A stretch of 45,972 bases of DNA from Fidelibacterota bacterium. Its GTDB lineage: Bacteria; Fidelibacterota; UBA2242. The notes beneath the pieces were generated by a model. That model ran no database searches. It saw only the letters and a program-made list of their open reading frames with translations, and had not been told where the DNA came from. Of the stretch, positions 39,892 to 45,972 are shown piece after piece. The position numbers and the translations under genes are program-made. Each line of letters starts with the position of its first letter. Position 1 is the first letter of the stretch. The stretch lies in the NCBI GenBank assembly GCA_021161185.1, contig JAGHBC010000033.1, forward strand, positions 1 to 45,972, read 5' to 3'.

Positions 39892-40422
39892 TTAATGAGC
39901 AATATCTTCTTCAGTGATTTCCACTTCGATGTTTTTCATTGCACCCTCTTCCCAATCAGGCATGAAAAACTCACCCATCATATCGTGACCGGGGCGCCAT
40001 CCTTTCTTGCCGCAACCACGATGCATACCGGGTTTACGATATTTAATCATCTCTTGTTGTTCCCTGGTAAGAACATTTTTTACTGCAATCCGGTGCTTTA
40101 CCTGAATTTCAAACAGGTTGCCCCTGAGATTATTAATCTTTTTAATGGCAGCATCAATTTTTTTCGATGTGTCATCGTTGCGAATAAGTTCTTCCAACTC
40201 CAGCCGTGCCAATTTCAGATCGGCTTGCAGGGGCACAACCGCCTTCTGTTTATTGACTCGCAACTGGTGCATCTGCTCTTTCTGTTCATCGTTGAGATTA
40301 AGTTTTTCCGCCATTTCCATCTGTTTTCCGGTCATCATCCGCTTTTTAATCACCCGCTTGGGTCCGGCAATAACGAGCGCCGGTATTGCAAGAAGGATAA
40401 TGGCTGTTGTTAAACGTTTCAT
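39892..40422 (-). CDS. Spy/CpxP family periplasmic protein
   Basis: Signal peptide from ATG 40422 (MKRLTTAII), 'LNLNDEQ' and 'VLTREQ' LTxxQ motifs. Confidence 0.85.
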   Translation of the reverse strand: MKRLTTAIILLAIPALVIAGPKRVIKKRMMTGKQMEMAEKLNLNDEQKEQMHQLRVNKQKAVVPLQADLKLARLELEELIRNDDTSKKIDAAIKKINNLRGNLFEIQVKHRIAVKNVLTREQQEMIKYRKPGMHRGCGKKGWRPGHDMMGEFFMPDWEEGAMKNIEVEITEEDIAH

Positions 40423-40925
40423 GGTTTTCTCCTCTCTTTCATTGAACTTTTGTGTCCCTCTGGTTGACAAAGTGTTCTTATTAATCGATTTCGAAACCTG
40501 TTTTCGAAAATGATATATTTCATTTGCTGATCAGCAGTTAATACATCGCCTATATCAAGGATAAACGCCTCTTTTTTTGTAATTATATTTTTTTCAAGCT
40601 CAGACAGCTGTTTCGCATATTTTTTGACATCCGAGCGGCTGGATTTATAATTCTTGTCTTTAAGTAATTTGTGAATTTCTATCATAATCTTCCGCTGTCT
40701 ATCCTGATCATCACTAATCGATTCTCCAAATTCCTTCAGTCTCGGGAAAAATTGGGCTGCTTGTTCGGTTGTCAGATCAAGGAATTCCGTCATTTTCCAG
40801 ATACGCAATGCTTCCATTCGTTCTCGTCTGTCCGGATTCATCGGTCCCATGAAGTCTTCCTGGGCATGTATAAACCCCATGCAGAGAAAGACTATAATTA
40901 AAGTTAACCTCAGAACCTTTTTCAT
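40419..40925 (-). CDS. Spy/CpxP-like exported helical protein
   Basis: Signal peptide, 'LDLTTEQAAQFFP', 'VLTADQ'. Confidence 0.75.
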   Translation of the reverse strand: MKKVLRLTLIIVFLCMGFIHAQEDFMGPMNPDRRERMEALRIWKMTEFLDLTTEQAAQFFPRLKEFGESISDDQDRQRKIMIEIHKLLKDKNYKSSRSDVKKYAKQLSELEKNIITKKEAFILDIGDVLTADQQMKYIIFENRFRNRLIRTLCQPEGHKSSMKERRKP

Positions 40926-40937
40926 GTATCCTCCAAT

Positions 40938-41537
40938 CTATAATATTTCATATTTTAGTTGTTCTAACATTTTTTTGAAATCCTCATCATCCAGATTACC
41001 GGTTGCTAACAGATAGCTATCTATATCAGAAATCTGAGGATTTTCAACAATCTGACAGACGGCATCCCGATAGAGACCATCGGTAGACAAATCAATGTCA
41101 CCGTTGGAAATATTATCGTCCACCGGTATCTCTCCGAAATAACCGGTACCTGTAAAACTAAGATAATCTTGCTCCCGGTTCAGATCGGCAAGCCACTGAT
41201 TGTTTGCAGGTTCGTTCTTAATCAGCGATATAATCGTTATTACCACAACCGCCATTGCCGTCGCAAAAGCCGGGATCGTCCAGAGTAGCCGTTTCTGCCA
41301 TGCGGACCGGCGATCAAGCCGTCTGTTCAACGCCACAACAAGGTCTGCGCCATAACCAGGGGGTATTTCGACACTATTCTGCTCCATGACTGCGGTGATA
41401 GATGCCAGCGATAGTTGATAATCACGGCACACTTTGCAGTCTTTGAGATGTTCTTTGACCTTATTATAATCTATTGACGAAAGATCACCGCTTGCGTATA
41501 ATGGTAAAAGATCTTCGTAATCTTTACATGCTTTCAT
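40938..41537 (-). CDS. Zinc-finger (zf-HC2) transmembrane anti-sigma factor
   Basis: HLKDCKVC (HxxxCxxC), single TM helix, overlaps the ECF sigma stop. Confidence 0.88.
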   Translation of the reverse strand: MKACKDYEDLLPLYASGDLSSIDYNKVKEHLKDCKVCRDYQLSLASITAVMEQNSVEIPPGYGADLVVALNRRLDRRSAWQKRLLWTIPAFATAMAVVVITIISLIKNEPANNQWLADLNREQDYLSFTGTGYFGEIPVDDNISNGDIDLSTDGLYRDAVCQIVENPQISDIDSYLLATGNLDDEDFKKMLEQLKYEIL

Positions 41538-42054
41538 AACTAACCCCCATATTCTCCAGAACGTTTTTTAAATTCTTCAGGGCATGGGAAAAATTGACCT
41601 TCGCCGCATTTTCCGTTGACTCCATTATGTTTGCCACCTCTTTGAAGGACAATCCCTGATATGATCTGAGAATAATCACCATTTGTTGTTTAGGAGATAA
41701 TTTTTTTATCGCATTCTGCAACAAGTGAGCTGATAATTCGGAATTATGAATCACATTGTCACCGGATTTCAGATTAGCATAATCAAGCCCAACATATTGC
41801 CGGGCTTTTTGTCGGCGTAAATAATTGATACCCGTATTGACTGCAATTCTGTAAATCCAGGTAAAAGGGGTTGATTCACGTCGAAATTTTGATAAGTTCT
41901 TATACACTTTAATAAATGTCTCCTGAGTTAAATCGTCCGCCTCGTCATGCGAAGCAACCATGCGGCGAAACAGACTGTAAATCTTCTCCTGATTTTCAAG
42001 AACCAATCTGTTAAACGAATCTGCATCGTACTGTCCCGTATTATCCGGTTTCAA
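41524..42054 (-). CDS. ECF RNA polymerase sigma factor
   Basis: 'ADDLTQETFIKVY', 'FTWIYRIAVN', 'LSFKEVA'; TTG 42054 preferred as start (AAAGG RBS, downstream of the promoter). Confidence 0.92.
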   Translation of the reverse strand: MKPDNTGQYDADSFNRLVLENQEKIYSLFRRMVASHDEADDLTQETFIKVYKNLSKFRRESTPFTWIYRIAVNTGINYLRRQKARQYVGLDYANLKSGDNVIHNSELSAHLLQNAIKKLSPKQQMVIILRSYQGLSFKEVANIMESTENAAKVNFSHALKNLKNVLENMGVSYESM

Positions 42055-42079
42055 ATTACCTTTTTCTTTTTCATGTCCT

Positions 42080-42108
42080 TTTGACACTCAGCAAGCCTTA
42101 AAAGTTAA
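42080..42108 (-). promoter_or_regulatory. ECF-type (sigmaE-like) autoregulatory promoter
   Basis: TTAACTT-N16-GTCAAA versus sigmaE consensus GGAACTT-N16-GTCAAA. Confidence 0.65.
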
Positions 42109-42189
42109 AAGATTCACCTATGATTAAAATCACCACATCTGTTTATCAATTTAAATATTAATAATCACCAAATCATCAATTATAAATTT

Positions 42190-42728
42190 TCTCACTACTG
42201 TCCGGTTAAAACGTTGATTGCGGGACAGGGCTTCTGGCTCGTTTAATTGTGGTTGAATTCAAGGACAAAATATCGATTAAATTTACTCTATCCAAAATGA
42301 TTTCTTTAAACATTCGACTCAATTCCGTTATAGAATGAGCGAATTTAGTCTGATATTTGATATAACTAAGGAGCAGATAATAGCACATAGCCACCCATAC
42401 TTGCGTCAGAACCGCATTTGGGCTGGTTCCCAGGAAGGGTTTGATTTTAAGGTTCTGTTGGATTCATTTAAAGAACAGTTCAATATTCCAACGGGCTTTA
42501 TAGATATTGGCAATTGTTTTAGCCGATAACTCAAAGTTATTAGTCAGACTGATTGCATCGCGGGCAGGTCGGAAAAATCTTTAGTCCCGATATAGTCGGG
42601 ATCATGATCGTGTTAACTTGTCTATGCATCTGGCGCTCCTCGGTAATTCATCCAATATCTCAAAATAAATTACCATTATTTTGGAGGAATACCAGATATT
42701 GTTCATTTTTTACCGGACAGTAGTGAGA
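42190..42728 (-). mobile_element. Internally deleted IS4-family element with intact terminal inverted repeats
   Basis: 17-bp perfect IR TCTCACTACTGTCCGGT (42190-42206 and 42712-42728). Minus strand reads LTNNFELSAKTIANIYKARWNIELFFK*IQQNLKIKPFLGTSPNAVLTQVWVAMCYYLL (YREK motif) with a premature stop; most of the N-terminus is missing. Confidence 0.88.
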
Positions 42729-42859
42729 TATCATGCCACTGAACCAGGTGTTGGTTTAACCAGCCAGCCGATTAATTTTTCATCGATAATCTGCATCTCG
42801 GTCATTGCTTTTTAGCCGAAAAACACTCAACTTTAATACAATTGATAACGGAGGTGAAA

Positions 42860-44077
42860 TTGAAACAAACAGGCGCAGCGGGCAATTGGAGATCGGATAT
42901 CCGTTCGGATTGCTATATTGAAATTGAACTGACAAACAGCGGCGGCGTCCGGATGGACATTCGGAGTAAAGTGGACCGACTGTTTGGCACGGAAAATCGT
43001 CAGTTGATCCGAGATATGCTGAACTTTTTCGATATCCAGAATGCTAAAGTTATTTTGGAAGACAGCGGCGCGCTGCCCTTTGTGATAATGGCACGGATTG
43101 AAGCTGCTGTAAAAAAGGTCAGCGATACAAATAAAGAATATCTGCCGGAACTGCTCCCAGAAAACCGGTATAGTACTCAACGTGATCGTTATCGTCGCTC
43201 CCGTCTCTATCTGCCCGGCAATACTCCCAAACTTTTTATCAACGCCGGGCTGCACAAGGCTGACGGTATTATTCTCGATCTCGAAGATTCCGTGGCGCCC
43301 GCTAAAAAGGACGAAGCGCGGATATTGGTTCGCAATGCCCTCCGGCAGGTCAATTTTTACGGCTGTGAGCGGATGGTGCGAATTAATCAGGGTCAGCGGG
43401 GATTGGATGATCTGGATTATGTCATTTCTCACCGCGTCAATCTCATCTTGGCACCAAAATGCGAAAGCGCCGAAGACCTCATCGCTATCGACAACAAAAT
43501 CCATAAGATTAAACAAGAAAATCAACTGGACTATCCGGTCTATCTGATGCCGATTATCGAAAGCGCCAAAGGAATCATGAACGCCTATGCAATTGCCTCG
43601 GCATCTGAAAATGTGGTGGCTCTCGCCATCGGGCTTGAGGATTACACTGCCGATCTGGGCATACAACGAACTTCCGAAGGGAAAGGAACCTTTTTCGCAC
43701 GGAATATGATTGTGAACGCCGCCCGAGCCGCCGGCATTCAGGCGATTGATTCAGTGTTCTCCGATGTGGCTGATCAGGAGGGTCTGCGAAAGGTTGTTAA
43801 GGAATCCAAATCACTGGGCTTTGAAGGCATGGGCTGCATTCATCCGCGTCAGGTTCCGATCATTCATGCAACTTTTGCACCCGATGACGGTGAAATTGAA
43901 AAAGCTAAAAAGATTGTGTCTGCCTTTTACGAAGCCGAGAAGAAGGGACTGGGTGTTGTGGCGCTGGGCTCCAAGATGATCGATCCGCCTGTTGTGAAGC
44001 GCGCTCAAAAGACTATCTCCATGGCAATTGACGCCGGAAAATTAACGGAAAACTGGAGAGATGATTATGGCTGCTAA
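42860..44077 (+). CDS. citE: Fusion of citrate-lyase-type acyl carrier protein (CitD-like) and acyl lyase beta subunit (CitE-like)
   Basis: N-terminal ~85 aa 'AGN...RSDC...SKVDRLFG...EDSGALPFVIMARIEAA' (CitD-like), then 'RRSRLYLPGN', 'LDLEDSV', 'IHPRQ', 'MIDPPV'; TTG start behind GGAGG. Confidence 0.85.
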   Translation: MKQTGAAGNWRSDIRSDCYIEIELTNSGGVRMDIRSKVDRLFGTENRQLIRDMLNFFDIQNAKVILEDSGALPFVIMARIEAAVKKVSDTNKEYLPELLPENRYSTQRDRYRRSRLYLPGNTPKLFINAGLHKADGIILDLEDSVAPAKKDEARILVRNALRQVNFYGCERMVRINQGQRGLDDLDYVISHRVNLILAPKCESAEDLIAIDNKIHKIKQENQLDYPVYLMPIIESAKGIMNAYAIASASENVVALAIGLEDYTADLGIQRTSEGKGTFFARNMIVNAARAAGIQAIDSVFSDVADQEGLRKVVKESKSLGFEGMGCIHPRQVPIIHATFAPDDGEIEKAKKIVSAFYEAEKKGLGVVALGSKMIDPPVVKRAQKTISMAIDAGKLTENWRDDYGC

Positions 44078-45623
44078 ACTAGTTAAAAACGCCCTGGGGC
44101 GGCTCGTACCTACCGAAGTCAACGGTAAACCCCAGATACCCTACCAAGGCGTGGGAAAATATAAACCAGATTACCGCAAATATGCTCCGCCGGTTGCCAG
44201 CTGCGCCGACTTCCCGACGGGTAATAAATTAGTCAAAGACCTCAAAGAGGCGCTACTAAAAGCCGGACTGCGGGACGGAATGACCATCTCCACGCACCAT
44301 CATTTTCGCAATGGCGATTTAGTGGCTATTCAAATCTTCCGCATCGCTTCCGAATTGGGTATTAAAAATCTGGTCTGGTTTCCGTCAGCCTCCTTTCCCT
44401 GTCATGCGGAAATGATTGACTATATGGAAGATGGAACAATTCATCATATTGAAGGCAGTCTGAATGGCCCCCTGGGGCGTTATTGCTCCGAAGGAAAGAT
44501 GAAGGGTATTGGCATACTATGTTCCCACGGCGGTCGTTATCAGACAGTCCAGGATGGCGAAGTGGTGATTGATATTGCCGTTATTGCTGCTCCCACGGCT
44601 GATTATTTCGGCAACGCCAACGGTGTCACCGGTCCCTCCGCCTGTGGCTTGCTGGGATTCGCCCTGGCTGATTCCCAATACGCTCACAAGGTTATTGTTG
44701 TCACCGACAATCTGGTGGACTTCCCCTGCATTCCCTGGCAGATTCAGGGAAATTACGTGGATTACGTTGTCAATATGGATAAAATCGGCGAACCGGAGAA
44801 AATCGTCTCCGGTACGACAAAAATCACTAAGAGTCCCGACCGTCTCCTGATAGCTGAGCTTACCGCTCAATTGTGTTGGGAAGCCGGTTTAATCAAAAAC
44901 GGGTTTTCATTTCAGGCAGGCGCCGGCGGAACATCATTGGCAATCGCCAACTATTTTGAACAGATAATGCGCAAAGAAAATATAAAAGCGCGCTTCGCTC
45001 GGGGCGGCAGTAACCAATACCTGGTGAAAATGTTAGAAGGGGGATTAGTAGATTACATTCTTGATGGACAGACTTTCGATTTGGAAGGGGTTCGCTCCAT
45101 GCGGGAAAATCCCAGACATGTGGATACAAGTCCCTTTACCAGCTACAACTATCACGGCAAAGGCAATTTTGCGTCGCTGGTTGATATCGCGATTCTGGGC
45201 GCCACAGAGGTTGACGTAAACTTCAACGCCAATGTGAATACCCACTCCGATGGTTATTTGCTGCATGGTATCGGCGGCTGGCAAAACTGCCTTTTCAGCA
45301 AAACCGTTATCTTACCGATTCCACTGTTCCGCGATCGCATTCCCGTTATTCGCGATGAAGTCACCACCATCACAGGTCCCGGCGAACTCATCGATGTCAT
45401 TGTCACTGAACGTGGTATCGCCATCAATCCCCGCCGCAAAGATCTTCTGGATGCTCTGAAGAATACTCGCTTACCGCTGAAATCCATTCAGGAGTTGAAG
45501 GATGAAGCCGAAAATATATGCGGCGTTCCGGAAAAGCCTAATCTTGGTGAAGAAATTGTGGCGATAATTAAATGGGTAGATGGTACTGTAATCGATGCGG
45601 TCCGGCGGGTGATTACCGGGTAA
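44067..45623 (+). CDS. citF: Citrate lyase alpha subunit (ACP/CoA transferase) family protein
   Basis: 'DGMTISTHHHFRNGD', 'SHGGR', 'FQAGAGG', 'GATEVDVNFNANV', 'DVIVTERGIAINP', 'DGTVID'. Confidence 0.9.
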   Translation: MAAKLVKNALGRLVPTEVNGKPQIPYQGVGKYKPDYRKYAPPVASCADFPTGNKLVKDLKEALLKAGLRDGMTISTHHHFRNGDLVAIQIFRIASELGIKNLVWFPSASFPCHAEMIDYMEDGTIHHIEGSLNGPLGRYCSEGKMKGIGILCSHGGRYQTVQDGEVVIDIAVIAAPTADYFGNANGVTGPSACGLLGFALADSQYAHKVIVVTDNLVDFPCIPWQIQGNYVDYVVNMDKIGEPEKIVSGTTKITKSPDRLLIAELTAQLCWEAGLIKNGFSFQAGAGGTSLAIANYFEQIMRKENIKARFARGGSNQYLVKMLEGGLVDYILDGQTFDLEGVRSMRENPRHVDTSPFTSYNYHGKGNFASLVDIAILGATEVDVNFNANVNTHSDGYLLHGIGGWQNCLFSKTVILPIPLFRDRIPVIRDEVTTITGPGELIDVIVTERGIAINPRRKDLLDALKNTRLPLKSIQELKDEAENICGVPEKPNLGEEIVAIIKWVDGTVIDAVRRVITG

Positions 45624-45695
45624 GCAGGGTTATTTATTTTTACCATAGACGAACACAGATATTAACAGTTTTACTTTAGGGGGTACCGTCCGGCT

Positions 45696-45828
45696 GCTAC
45701 TCTTTAATAATTCTTCCACTGTTAAATTGATATCTTTTGCTATTTAATGCAATAGAATTGGTGAAATATCTCTACATTTGTGAAATGGAACTGTATCTAT
45801 TCTAGCATTAGCATTAACATAACGAAAT
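45696..45828 (-). pseudogene. hicA: HicA-family toxin gene remnant (C-terminal half)
   Basis: Manual translation FRYVNANARIDTVPFHKCRDISPILLH*IAKDINLTVEELLKS resembles the HicA C-terminus; stop at 45744-45746; N-terminus absent. Confidence 0.7.
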
Positions 45829-45972
45829 TCAGAAATCCTGACCTAATATTGAAAAAACAATGAATAATAGCAGTTGATTCGCAGATTTAATTGTCTTAAC
45901 TCACAGCAAAACGAGCAGAAAAAGGATAATAAAATATGCAAATGCAACTAACGTTTTTCCCGTATAAAACTA
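45829..45972 (+). mobile_element. Possible left end of an insertion sequence with start of its first ORF
   Basis: hicA similarity stops at TCAGAAATCCTGACC (45829-45843), which looks like an IS terminus; RBS AAAGGA then ATG 45936 MQMQLTFFPYKT runs off the window. Confidence 0.4.

Noticed and set aside
42833-43666. 277-aa minus-strand ORF
   Set aside because: Antisense shadow of the well-supported citD-citE fusion; the other nested or antisense ORFs over groEL, smc, gdhA, murA, carB, the helicase, Spy and citF are rejected for the same reason

Overview
Mostly housekeeping chromosomal DNA from an AT-rich, probably anaerobic FCB-group bacterium (Marinimicrobia/KSB1-like; this assignment is inferred from gene content and protein style only). 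The left minus-strand block holds lapB/lapA-like genes, miaB, an M23 peptidase, a short sigma70, groESL, comF, a GWxTD protein, smc, a HIT protein and rsmE. The middle holds a DUF362 Fe-S protein, a large receiver/PEP-synthase-like protein converging on gdhA, pspC-nfi-GATase, murAB, a Tat-signal tldD with pmbA, an M29 aminopeptidase and carAB. The right holds a Zn alcohol dehydrogenase, a lipoprotein, a DEAD-box helicase, an ECF sigma/anti-sigma/Spy operon, and a fused citD-citE plus citF lyase pair. Intergenic spaces carry mobile-element debris that the ORF track misses or only partly shows: a four-helix-bundle pseudogene with palindromic inserts, REP-like inverted repeats, an IS3 left-end stub, an internally deleted IS4-family element with intact inverted repeats, a hicA remnant cut by a probable IS end, and a DprA-like gene frameshifted at a C8 tract. 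I saw no rRNA, tRNA or CRISPR array. The best candidates for an uncharacterised system are the dikinase-like signalling protein beside gdhA, the Tat-exported TldD/PmbA pair, the stand-alone ACP-fused lyase, and the layered groESL promoter.
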